From Auanema rhodensis (lineage: Eukaryota > Animalia > Nematoda): a stretch of 64,000 bases of DNA. This document shows, in pieces, positions 29,851 through 42,500 of the stretch; position 1 is the stretch's first letter; each line of letters opens with the position of its first letter. Position numbers and translations under genes: made by a program. The DNA is taken from positions 11,098,001 to 11,162,000 of the forward strand of contig OZ059898.1 in assembly GCA_964057225.1 (NCBI GenBank), written 5' to 3'. The notes under the pieces are model-generated. The model was not told the DNA's origin and did no database searches. It was given only the letters and a program-made list of their open reading frames with translations.

Positions 29851-30151
29851 ACTGGGCGTCGTGGCGGGCGTCTGTGAGCCAGTTTCTAGGCAGTAGATGA
29901 TTGTGGATGAAGTGAGGTCAGGAGTCCTGGTTGAGTCGTGCATTACGGCGACCGGGCGTCCGAGCCAAGCGACGCGTCACTAGGGTCGGACTTTCGAAGG
30001 AAAGATCGACCCGGGTGGACAAGGAGAGGTGAATGGCTGAGGCCCGAAAGGGAGCAAGCAGAAGCCTCCGCGCGTTGTAGTGGCCGGATAGCGCCCGTGA
30101 GTTCTGACAACTCACCAGCCTGGTCGATACCTCTAGACCAATCATTGTTTT
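29851..30151 (+). ncRNA. srpr: SRP RNA copy 24
   Basis: As copy 1, with C>T at 30134 (shared with copy 14). Confidence 0.93.
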
Positions 30152-30211
30152 GATTTTTTCCGTCAAATATGACTAAACGGTCAAATAGACAGGATTGAAA
30201 CACAGATAATC

Positions 30212-30512
30212 ACTGGGCGTCGTGGCGGGCGTCTGTGAGCCAGTTTCTAGGCAGTAGATGATTGTGGATGAAGTGAGGTCAGGAGTCCTGGTTGAGTCGT
30301 GCATTACGGCGACCGGGCGTCCGAGCCAAGCGACGCGTCACTAGGGTCGGACTTTCGAAGGAAAGATCGACCCGGGTGGACAAGGAGAGGTGAATGGCTG
30401 AGGCCCGAAAGGGAGCAAGCAGAAGCCTCCGCGCGTTGTAGTGGCCGGATAGCGCCCGTGAGTTCTGACAACTCACCAGCCTGGTCGATACCTCCAGACC
30501 AATCATTGTTTT
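30212..30512 (+). ncRNA. srpr: SRP RNA copy 25
   Basis: As copy 1; spacer G>A at 30540 (shared with copy 20). Confidence 0.93.
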
Positions 30513-30572
30513 GATTTTTTCCGTCAAATATGACTAAACAGTCAAATAGACAGGATTGAAACACAGATAATC

Positions 30573-30873
30573 ACTGGGCGTCGTGGCGGGCGTCTGTGAG
30601 CCAGTTTCTAGGCAGTAGATGATTGTGGATGAAGTGAGGTCAGGAGTCCTGGTTGAGTCGTGCATTACGGCGACCGGGCGTCCGAGCCAAGCGACGCGTC
30701 ACTAGGGTCGGACTTTCGAAGGAAAGATCGACCCGGGTGGACAAGGAGAGGTGAATGGCTGAGGCCCGAAAGGGAGCAAGCAGAAGCCTCCGCGCGTTGT
30801 AGTGGCCGGATAGCGCCCGTGAGTTCTGACAACTCACCAGCCTGGTCGATACCTCCAGACCAATCATTGTTTT
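30573..30873 (+). ncRNA. srpr: SRP RNA copy 26
   Basis: Same sequence as copy 1. Confidence 0.93.
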
Positions 30874-30933
30874 GATTTTTTCCGTCAAATATGACTAAAC
30901 GGTCAAATAGACAGGATTGAAACACAGATAATC

Positions 30934-31234
30934 ACTGGGCGTCGTGGCGGGCGTCTGTGAGCCAGTTTCTAGGCAGTAGATGATTGTGGATGAAGTGAGG
31001 TCAGAAGTCCTGGTTGAGTCGTGCATTACGGCGACCGGGCGTCCGAGCCAAGCGACGCGTCACTAGGGTCGGACTTTCGAAGGAAAGATCGACCCGGGTG
31101 GACAAGGAGAGGTGAATGGCTGAGGCCCGAAAGGGAGCAAGCAGAAGCCTCCGCGCGTTGTAGTGGCCGGATAGCGCCCGTGAGTTCTGACAACTCACCA
31201 GCCTGGTCGATACCTCCAGACCAATCATTGTTTT
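30934..31234 (+). ncRNA. srpr: SRP RNA copy 27
   Basis: As copy 1, with G>A at 31005. Confidence 0.93.
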
Positions 31235-31294
31235 GATTTTTTCCGTCAAATATGACTAAACGGTCAAATAGACAGGATTGAAACACAGATAATC

Positions 31295-31595
31295 ACTGGG
31301 CGTCGTGGCGGGCGTCTGTGAGCCAGTTTCTAGGCAGTAGATGATTGTGGATGAAGTGAGGTCAGGAGTCCTGGTTGAGTCGTGCATTACGGCGACCGGG
31401 CGTCCGAGCCAAGCGACGCGTCACTAGGGTCGGACTTTCGAAGGAAAGATCGACCCGGGTGGACAAGGAGAGGTGAATGGCTGAGGCCCGAAAGGGAGCA
31501 AGCAGAAGCCTCCGCGCGTTGTAGTGGCCGGATAGCGCCCGTGAGTTCTGACAACTCACCAGCCTGGTCGATACCTCCAGACCAATCATTGTTTT
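31295..31595 (+). ncRNA. srpr: SRP RNA copy 28
   Basis: Same sequence as copy 1. Confidence 0.93.
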
Positions 31596-31655
31596 GATTT
31601 TTTCCGTCAAATATGACTAAACGGTCAAATAGACAGGATTGAAACACAGATAATC

Positions 31656-31956
31656 ACTGGGCGTCGTGGCGGGCGTCTGTGAGCCAGTTTCTAGGCAGTA
31701 GATGATTGTGGATGAAGTGAGGTCAGGAGTCCTGGTTGAGTCGTGCATTACGGCGACCGGGCGTCCGAGCCAAGCGACGCGTCACTAGGGTCGGACTTTC
31801 GAAGGAAAGATCGACCCGGGTGGACAAGGAGAGGTGAATGGCTGAGGCCCGAAAGGGAGCAAGCAGAAGCCTCCGCGCGTTGTAGTGGCCGGATAGCGCC
31901 CGTGAGTTCTGACAACTCACCAGCCTGGTCGATACCTCCAGACCAATCATTGTTTT
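31656..31956 (+). ncRNA. srpr: SRP RNA copy 29
   Basis: Same sequence as copy 1. Confidence 0.93.
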
Positions 31957-32016
31957 GATTTTTTCCGTCAAATATGACTAAACGGTCAAATAGACAGGAT
32001 TGAAACACAGATAATC

Positions 32017-32317
32017 ACTGGGCGTCGTGGCGGGCGTCTGTGAGCCAGTTTCTAGGCAGTAGATGATTGTGGATGAAGTGAGGTCAGGAGTCCTGGTTGA
32101 GTCGTGCATTACGGCGACCGGGCGTCCGAGCCAAGCGACGCGTCACTAGGGTCGGACTTTCGAAGGAAAGATCGACCCGGGTGGACAAGGAGAGGTGAAT
32201 GGCTGAGGCCCGAAAGGGAGCAAGCAGAAGCCTCCGCGCGTTGTAGTGGCCGGATAGCGCCCGTGAGTTCTGACAACTCACCAGCCTGGTCGATACCTCC
32301 AGACCAATCATTGTTTT
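32017..32317 (+). ncRNA. srpr: SRP RNA copy 30
   Basis: Same sequence as copy 1. Confidence 0.93.
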
Positions 32318-32377
32318 GATTTTTTCCGTCAAATATGACTAAACGGTCAAATAGACAGGATTGAAACACAGATAATC

Positions 32378-32678
32378 ACTGGGCGTCGTGGCGGGCGTCT
32401 GTGAGCCAGTTTCTAGGCAGTAGATGATTGTGGATGAAGTGAGGTCAGGAGTCCTGGTTGAGTCGTGCATTACGGCGACCGGGCGTCCGAGCCAAGCGAC
32501 GCGTCACTAGGGTCGGACTTTCGAAGGAAAGATCGACCCGGGTGGACAAGGAGAGGTGAATGGCTGAGGCCCGAAAGGGAGCAAGCAGAAGCCTCCGCGC
32601 GTTGTAGTGGCCGGATAGCGCCCGTGAGTTCTGACAACTCACCAGCCTGGTCGATACCTCCAGACCAATCATTGTTTT
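32378..32678 (+). ncRNA. srpr: SRP RNA copy 31
   Basis: Same sequence as copy 1. Confidence 0.93.
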
Positions 32679-32738
32679 GATTTTTTCCGTCAAATATGAC
32701 TAAACGGTCAAATAGACAGGATTGAAACACAGATAATC

Positions 32739-33039
32739 ACTGGGCGTCGTGGCGGGCGTCTGTGAGCCAGTTTCTAGGCAGTAGATGATTGTGGATGAAG
32801 TGAGGTCAGGAGTCCTGGTTGAGTCGTGCATTACGGCGACCGGGCGTCCGAGCCAAGCGACGCGTCACTAGGGTCGGACTTTCGAAGGAAAGATCGACCC
32901 GGGTGGACAAGGAGAGGTGAATGGCTGAGGCCCGAAAGGGAGCAAGCAGAAGCCTCCGCGCGTTGTAGTGGCCGGATAGCGCCCGTGAGTTCTGACAACT
33001 CACCAGCCTGGTCGATACCTCCAGACCAATCATTGTTTT
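32739..33039 (+). ncRNA. srpr: SRP RNA copy 32
   Basis: Same sequence as copy 1. Confidence 0.93.
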
Positions 33040-33099
33040 GATTTTTTCCGTCAAATATGACTAAACGGTCAAATAGACAGGATTGAAACACAGATAATC

Positions 33100-33400
33100 A
33101 CTGGGCGTCGTGGCGGGCGTCTGTGAGCCAGTTTCTAGGCAGTAGATGATTGTGGATGAAGTGAGGTCAGGAGTCCTGGTTGAGTCGTGCATTACGGCGA
33201 CCGGGCGTCCGAGCCAAGCGACGCGTCACTAGGGTCGGACTTTCGAAGGAAAGATCGACCCGGGTGGACAAGGAGAGGTGAATGGCTGAGGCCCGAAAGG
33301 GAGCAAGCAGAAGCCTCCGCGCGTTGTAGTGGCCGGATAGCGCCCGTGAGTTCTGACAACTCACCAGCCTGGTCGATACCTCCAGACCAATCATTGTTTT
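33100..33400 (+). ncRNA. srpr: SRP RNA copy 33 (last)
   Basis: Same sequence as copy 1; the spacer runs into unique sequence after 33451. Confidence 0.93.
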
Positions 33401-33535
33401 GATTTTTTCCGTCAAATATGACTAAACGGTCAAATAGACAGGATTGAAACATATTCAATGAGATAAATAGAAAAAACAAATTTATAATTGATTTATGTGT
33501 GATAATCTTATGCAAAACATGTGTAAATATAAATT

Positions 33536-36500
33536 TTAGAAAGAACTACAACAGGATGGACTTGATTTCTTAATATGTATTTCTCCAAGACGAACATTAC
33601 CATCTCTATTAAAGAATAAAGGTTCATAAGATCCATCATTTTCCGTTGATTGTATCTTGAATTAATATTTTAAATTACACTTGTTAGCTATTTCAACTTA
33701 CAACTTCTACTAATTTTTCAAAAGCTTCTTCAATGCCTTTACTTGTTTTTGCTGATGTTCTAAATGCTGCTAAGAAACCATTGTTTTTTTGTATTTCGAC
33801 CAGTTTTTCATCTGTCATATCATTAGTCATATCCGTCTATAAAAATATTTTTTTTAACTTTATTTGTTATGTGTTTACCTTATTTGCTAGTAAAATGGTT
33901 GGAATTGGTTTTCCATTTGATAATGTAACTTTCTGATCTAAATCGGTTTTCCATCGTAATGCTCCTTCAACAGTCTGTTCTCTATAATTAAGATTCAACA
34001 ACTATCTACTGGACTGATATTTACCTTGCAGAGTCCAATACAATAACAGCAGCATGAGCATCTTTATAGTACACTCTGGTCATAACACCATATCGATCTT
34101 GTCCTGAAAAAAATCATTCGGTAAACATCAGCTGTGAAGGAGTTTGAGAGTTTCACTAAGATATATTTAGTTTTGGTTCTGCAACGAAAACAAAAAAAAC
34201 AAATAAAGAGTATTTTGTTTAGAATTCAAGGATTTTCAGTTTTTCTTTTTGAATAATATGAAAGAGTTCCAGCTGTTCAAATGAATATCAGGAGTTCATT
34301 TACTATTATTTAAAATACTGCAGATCGAGTAAAGCTGGAATTAATTTTTCAAATTTTGAAACAACTTATATTTGTAATGTAAATATATTTGCAATCAGCA
34401 AATTTCTTGAGATGTCTTCAAATATATCAGAATTCATTTTTTAACTGTTGAGAGATTCTTTGGGATATTTGCTAATGACAATTTTACAAAAAAAATGAGG
34501 AAAATGATATTTGAACTTTCTCTCTTTCACTGTACTTCTTTATTTTCAGTTTTCAAACATTTTTTATTCTGATCTTTTTGAAATGAGAAAAGTTCAGTTA
34601 TATTTTTTTTTATTTTTTTTGTTCTCGAGTATAATGTGCTGACGAACATATGAGCACGCTCTGACTGTTGGAAATTTTGAGCATATTTATACTGAGTTCA
34701 AAAAATTAAAAAATCGTCTGAAAAAAAGAATCTAAGAGGTGGTCAGATAGAAGTCTAGAATATTAAACTAGAAAAAAGAAAATAAAAGATGAACGATAGA
34801 GTAAGTGATGTAACGAGAAAGAGGGGAAAAGAATGTGAGACGCCAAGCGACATAGACCAAGAAAAATGGAGACTGATGAGAGAGAATGACGATTCAGATG
34901 TCTCGCCTCGAAAACTAGAGCTATTCATTCATCGTGCAGACGGTGATTCTACAGTTAGCAACTTCAACATTTTGTTTCTTCGCTCTGTTCACTTTTCAAT
35001 CTGTAACTCAACCATCTTCATCTCTCTTCTCATAGTTTTTTTCGTCCATGCTCATTTCACGTTGTATGTTTGAAAGGCGGTGCTTGTCAAGCGGCGCATT
35101 CATTCAGAATGCGACTCATCTTCCGAATAGTCTCCGACCTCTTATCCTTGTCCGAAACCATTTTTTGCTCTCTATTTTCTCTTTATTCATATTTGGTATC
35201 TCCATTGAAAAACTTTTTTTTATCTCCATTGCAATACAAGCTATTCAATTTCATAAGTGTAGGTTATTCACATTAAAGATCTGAAGATTTAAACATTGTT
35301 TTTTCTTTGTCAAGTGAAACACATTTCAAATTTTCTTCCAATATAAAAATTTATATGAGAATTATTTGAAAATTAGGTTTTTAATACAAAAATATTAGCA
35401 ACCTTTATTCATTTTTCAAAATTTGATGTTTAAAAGACTAAAATTTTCACCTTTATGTTTTACTGAGAAAGGAAAAAAATAAATAATAGAGGAGAACATT
35501 GATCGTTGTGTATTTATCTTTGAACCAAACATTTTTTTTCATATTTGTTTGAAGTTTGCCATACGCCATCATCTTATGTGTCTCAATCTTGTAATCTTGC
35601 CATATAGCCTTCGGGCATACAAGATACCTCGGCTTCACATTCCGCAATCATAAGAATGACTTGTATTCCTGCTTTTCTTTTGCCGTAAAACCGGTCCCGT
35701 TGAACATTTTGCTGTCGACGATACCTTTATCAGTCGCATTCAGGTACATCATCATAACTCGCCACATCATCATACTCCTTATACCTCATTCATCAGATCC
35801 AGCCATCAACAGTTAATTTTTTCTCTTTTCTTTCAATATTACTCTAGCAGTAATTTATTTTTTTCACTTCTTATCATTTAACTTCAATCATTATCTTCTA
35901 TCACGTTGGTATTATAAGCAAGTATTATAATATTGTATAATACCCTTTGGTTTTTTTTCTTTATTTATCATATTTCACTCTCTCACTTTCATCTACCTGC
36001 GAGCTTAATCTCATTGTGCTTGTCGTAATGGCTGTCGTATTCTTCTGTTCTCGAAGAATTGGATCCTTCCGGTTGGTGTGACGACGGTTAGCAGAAGACG
36101 TAACGGTCGGCAGACGACAAGGAAGTATGGTATGCTAGAGTCTTGATGACGCGATCAAGCCTCATGTAAACAAGCAAAGAGAATGACTACGGAATGTAGT
36201 TCCGGTTTTTTCGTTTGTGAGCCACTTCCGACAGAAGTTCATATCATAATAATTTGATTAATCTCAAGATTTTATCTCGGACACTTAGCTCAATAATCCA
36301 TAGATGAGATGAATTCCACGATTCATTATCTTCATGATTCTACTGATCCACTGTCTTTTTTACTTTTGATTCAAATTTGTGTTTCTATGTTGCTCATTAT
36401 TCATCTCTCTCACTCCCATTCAGTATGCGTCTGATGGTTTGAACTATTCCAAACTATTTCACCAAAATTTCAAAATATTTTGTATTACGAACTCCGAAAA

Positions 36501-39500
36501 TCTTTTTTTCACTAAATCCTAAGTCACATCGTATTGTTCAATCTATTCTGTAGGTCTATTCAAGCTCCTTTTACACGTTTTCTTCGTTTATTTTTTCATT
36601 TTGAAAAACGATTCGATGTGCAAATGAATAAGACCAGAATTGCAAAAATTGTATTTTGACCCTGTCTTAGCATCATCTATCCGATCAACCTTTGAAGAAT
36701 TGAGCCATTGAATCGTTGCGAGTAGCGTTGTTCCCGTCTTATACGACAACAATGCTACTTGCAGGAATGAAGCAAAAATTCAGTAGATATCTTGCTACAT
36801 TTAATCCTATAAATGAGCTAAGATAAGATTTTTTTATGTGAAATAGATGACTAGATACTCTCATCCTTCATAAATTTATGAGATAAAACTAAGTGACCGT
36901 AACCAACATAAGCAAATAAGCAATTGGGGAGAGCCTTCAATCAAGCCAAAGTATATGTTTTCTTAATATCTGAATATGAAAAAATGGCTGTCAAACGACG
37001 ATTGAGCTTACAGGAAATAGCTTACAGAAATGAACTTTCATGAGAATATGCTTAATAGAAATCTTTGCTTTAAGCGTTTCACCTGTCAAACTTTCGTTTC
37101 AACTTGAACACGTTTGTTTGTTTTATAGATTGATATAAGCTAAATGGGCTTCGTCTTGAAGCTATGTCATATTGAAGCTTTCACTTATGAAATTTTCTTC
37201 AAAAAGTGATTTTCCAAGTGCACAGTGTTTCAGTTTTTAACATTTTTCATTTATCGTTTATTTTTTTCTCTTTTATCTGCTCGTTACCCATTATCATCTC
37301 CTCTTACCATACACACAACAAATGTACATCTTCTGTTGTGCCTCTGAGCAAATAGAAGCACTTTCCGGTTTAGGGGTTAATGCCATCTGACTGGTCATCT
37401 CAATCAAGGTTAGACTGTTAGATTTGTATTCTATTGTTACCGCCAAATAGTAATATTAGAGGACAAAATGTTCAATAGAATCAAGTATCTATCAGCTTTT
37501 TTTAACATAAACGATTTGCTATAATCCTACATAAAACTTGTGAATGTTCTGCCTACATACCTTCGGAGACAATGGTTTGCAAAATCATTGACTGAAATGT
37601 ATTGCCTTTTCCAATATTAAGTATAAATGTATACACATATCTAACTATATAAAGCCTGAATCTATTATTAACATTATTATTATATGATTTTTTAGTAAAA
37701 AGTAATAAAATAAGTTTATCGAATATCTACTTTTCATCTCATGATCATCGCCATCATCAAACATACAAGAACATTGCTTTTCTATTATCTACTCATATGT
37801 ATATTTAACATATTTGTATATATAAATGATATCTCGATTATATTATATAATATTTATAATATATAAATATATAGTATACATGGTTTTGCTACTTTCATTT
37901 TGCTCTTTAACTACATATGTATATATTTCGACTCATAATCCGATTAGTTATTTCAAATCGCCTACTGAATTTTCGAGGTCCATTCAGCATGAAGTATGAA
38001 ATGAAAAATAGTGTTACGAACACAAAATTCAACACTCTGTTCAAAACTTTGTTCTATTTTCATTTCAATAATTTACTTCTTTCAATCCTTTTACTTTGAT
38101 ACCATAAACCAAAAGTTTCGTTCAGTCTTGTTCAGGCGCTTGCTATTTTCCCTTGCCACTACTGGTCCTTCTGGTTCTTTCTCTTTCATCACCTCACTCT
38201 TTTCTTCTATCTCTCTCTTCCGCCTGTTTTACGTTTGTATTTTTTTTCGTAAAAAAAGGTGATCGGTTTCGTGAACAATGTTGAACCAACTTGATTTCGA
38301 ACTTCTATCATCGCTTTATGGAAATTTATGATTAGTCATGCAGCTATAGTTAATGAATTTCATTCAAATCTGTATATTTCAGGTAGTATTTATATTCTCT
38401 GAATTCTATTTTTTCGGAAAAGAAAAGAATATAAGAAGAACGAGCGGGAGTTAGTTCTATCAAAGTTGTAAAATGAGCGCACGCTCTGCATACGTATGTC
38501 AGATTCAGGTAGGTTCTTTTACAAACTTGAATCATATGAAGAATTGTACATTTCTCTATTTAAGGCATGTAATGCCGTTTTAATCTTTTGTGGCCTTGGT
38601 TCTGTAGGATTGGCTGGAAGTCAATTTTCGGATGTTAATCTTCATAACTTTCGAGATATTGACTTGAGATTATTAAATTGGGTTCACATCCTCACAGGAT
38701 CGATAGGTATGTCAATTTGGAGTAATGCAATCAAAATATTCCGTTTGTTGGTGACTGTAGCAATCAAATGAAAAAGAGAGGAAAAAAAATATTTCGCATT
38801 TACCTCTTTTATGAACTAATCAATTGCTCAGTTATGTCATGAGAAATGAGCCTGTTCTTAGACGTAAAGTCCGGAACTGTACGTGAGAGCTTGCTTGCTT
38901 GCTGATCTTCTCTCTTCATTCTGCCTTCTCTCCCATTCCACTTAGAATCTAGTCCAGTGTTTGTTAAGTCGGTTTTGTAAAGCCGGAGGAGAATAGACAG
39001 AATGAAAACTGAAAGACACGTTCCTGAGGCCAAAAAGTTATAGGGAAAGCTAGATCACATGAAATGACATCAAAATTAAAAACTTAGAACATGAAAAAGT
39101 ATTAGTTTGAACACTTTTATTACGTATGCAGGTATCTACTCCTTAATACGAAGTCATGGAAGTATTGTAACGAAAACATTATACTTTGTTTCACTGGTTA
39201 TCGGTATTGCAACTGGGGTCTTCTATGGTTTTACAACATATCGTGTAAGATGCCACTTTTAAACAGTTTGGTTTCAAAAAAATGTGTTTAGGTTGTTGAA
39301 GCACATAACCAACTCCGCCAAGTTCAACAAGCACCAGGCTTTCAGGTTAGCAAATCTTCAAGAGCCGAAGAGAACAAAATGTTTTACAGGCTACGTTTGG
39401 ACAGGAAGATCGAAACTATGCAGCACGTATTGTGTTATCAGCTATTATGATAGGTTTTTGAAAATAAAAAAGCAAAATTAAAAAAACATTATTAAACTTT

Positions 39501-42500
39501 AAGGATTGGGAGCATTAGCTGGCCTTGTGTCTCTGATTGCATTATACCTTTTGGAAAAGCTAGTTGTTGTTACAGCTCCAATTTATCCATTACAATCGGT
39601 AAACTTTAAACTATAAAAATAAATCAAATATATATTTTTTTATTTTTTAGAGAGAACAAGAATTAGCTATGTATAATTCACGCAGAGCTTTGGCTTCTGT
39701 TGGATTAATTAAAACAATTTTTGCTCTCGGAACATTGGGACTTGCTGTATTCATTGAATATGAACATGAAAAGGTTTGAACCTTTTTTTACAAACTATAA
39801 TTATTTCGATTGAATAAACAATAGAGTTCAGGTATCAGGATCTGACAAATACATCAAAATTGCCTTAGATCACATCGCTGCTATGTTAGCCGTAGCCAGT
39901 GGATTAATGGATCTTTTAGCTTCTCGAGGAAGAACTCAAGAACAGTTGAATCTTAAGGTATCTTGCAAAAAAAATTATATTCGATTTATTGATTCTCATC
40001 TTTAGGTGGCATTAGCACTATCCATAGTAGCAGCAGTATGGTGTATTAAGACCGTTGATCATAATACTATGCCTTTTTATAAGTATGACCTCAAATACTA
40101 CTATCAAGATAGAACTGTTCAATGTAATTTTCAAATCAATTAAGAAATGAAACAAATATTTTCAGTAACATCAACCACATCGCCGCGATATATCCTGGCT
40201 GTTGCTCATGGTGTTCTGATTGGGTGTTTTGGTGTGCTTTTCTTCATCTGCACCTTATCTTGCGTCTTTGTTGGAAATTTCCTTCAGCTAGATTTTCTTA
40301 GTATGCATTTACGCATCGAGAAAGGTTTACGTATCCAAAGCAGGTAAAATTATTATTTTAATTATATGAAAATTAAGATTATATTTAGATTACTATCTTT
40401 CCTTCATGTTATTTGGGGTGCATGTCTATTAGCCTTAGCTATACTTGGATTATTAGATGTTACATGGAGAGGAGAATTTATTGGTGGAGATTTATTATGG
40501 ATGAGTTTCTTATTTGCTACAACAGGAATAATGAGCAGTAGTAACTATGGGTTAGTATCTTGAATCATTTCAAAAAATATTTGTTTGCAATTCAGAACAA
40601 TGATAACATTGCGTTTCATTCTGAATATATGCTGTTTGGCAATCTCAGTTGAGAAGATGTGCGCTTCTATCAATCTCATCTACCAATACAGTTCGTACGA
40701 TGTCTATGTAAATGGTGATAGAAAGACATTTGTTGGACAAATCGTTCTGATATCTTGCGCAACTGGAGTAAGTTTTGAATAAAATACATCGATTGTCGTT
40801 ACAAAAGCACTCATATTATATACAGAATGGGAATTGAATCATAACATGTTTCAGGTTTTTGCTGCTGAAGCTATAACTTCTCTTATATCTACAATCATTT
40901 ATGGGCGTGAAGTTGCACGTCAATCAGCACCAGCCTATCGTCATAGTACAAGTATATCAAACAAAAAAATGATATAAACGTTTTCAATTCTGTTCAGGTG
41001 TTCATCAGTTGTTCAGTTTGGGAACATTGTTCTATGCTGTTGTCATTACTGGAGATTATGTTGTATTTGAAGTCGGAAAATGGCGTTACAGTGAAGTGAG
41101 AACAAAATTATCATCAATATTTTTCAATTCAAATAATTTTTTAGGTTCCAATGGATGTACCATTTTTCCGCTTGGGTAATGGACCTCTTGCTTTAGCGGT
41201 ATTCATTATCCAGGTAAATTCGATTCATTTGGAACATAGAATTGCTTATCCAAATCTCTCTTTCTTTCTTTCTCTCTCCTTTTACTTTCTTCTTTCTCTT
41301 TCTTTCTTCTTCCCTCTTCTATTTTCCTACTTGCATACAAAACGAACGAAGAACTTTTCAGCTTTGTTGCACTTGCTTCCCACGTTTATTAGCAGCATCA
41401 TCTCTGCTTCATGTGATCATTGCATCATTGGCTTTGTTCACAGTCTCTCCAGCTATCACGAACGTCTACTATCTGGTTCGTTCCAATATTAATTCTTATC
41501 AAACATATTCTGTTCTACAGCAAAATCTTATTTCTCTGAACGATGTACTACGACCGACACCAAGCCAAGAAAGCATATATCAAGTTGCGCTCATTCTCGC
41601 AGCTGGAGCAGCTTTAGCTTGTGTTATCGCAACGCTTTGTGGAGTTATCTGTTCACTCAGGCAAGTTTGAACATACATGCTTTATTATTCAAAAAATATG
41701 AAAAGAAGAAAGATAGAAAAAAATGAAGATATGAAAAATGAATAATATTGCCCTTTCAATAAGATTAGAGTGATAAGCTTGCTTATACAAGAATGATAAC
41801 TTCTTGCTTATTTCATAATTCTCTTGTTATTAACCCTATGTATATATTGTAGATCATCATACATTCTTCATCATCGTTCAACATCACCAGATTCAACAGT
41901 TGTTGTTCCATTAGGAGAGGAACATTTTGGAACTGGCCAGTTCCGAAACCGAGAACAGAGCCCTGTTGTCATAAGTCAAGCTAGTCCGGTATGTTTTATG
42001 CTAAATCTAACTTACAAAAGATTGTTAGATTGTTAGTTCAAATTAATTTTAAAATTATTAATCCAAAATAACAATTTGTTGAAACGTAAAAAGGCTTGAT
42101 CATACTTTGCACATAATCCTCATTTATTACAATACATTATTCTATATTTATATATAGTATATTGTATGATGCATAATAATATAATATACTATATAGAATA
42201 TAAAACCGTATTCTAACCCTTTCTTTTTATTACAACAAAAGCGAAAATCATAAATCTATAAGGAAGAATAGGATGTTGGATTTGAATTGCTCAATATAAA
42301 TAATCGAAAATATATTTCATATTTTTGATTTATGAACAAATTTATTAAATCCAGCAAAAAATTAACTTTAATCTCTATTTCGTTAATAGTTCAACAATTA
42401 AATAACTGATAACGATATAGATATCCATCCAAGCTCGTGAAGAACAATCAGTCTATTGGTCAGCAGATGAAAATCCATTCTACTATCACACATCGAAACG

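Larger units (their letters stand above)
21548..33451 (+). repeat. Tandem array, 33 x 361 bp, each unit = SRP (7SL) RNA gene + ~60-bp spacer
   Basis: Exact 361-bp period (one 360-bp unit, copy 16); GC-rich against AT-rich flanks; only 8 variant sites noticed across all copies. Confidence 0.98.

Noticed and set aside
21548-33451. CRISPR array, 5S/SL1 repeat, SINE cluster or plain satellite
   Set aside because: No unique spacers, no 5S or SL1 leader sequence, no poly-A tails or target-site duplications; each unit holds a full SRP RNA including the S domain.
21616-33515. ~100 repeated ORFs (71, 82, 86 aa) in the array
   Set aside because: By-products of GC-rich SRP RNA sequence; they begin at non-ATG starts, overlap in several frames and resemble no protein.
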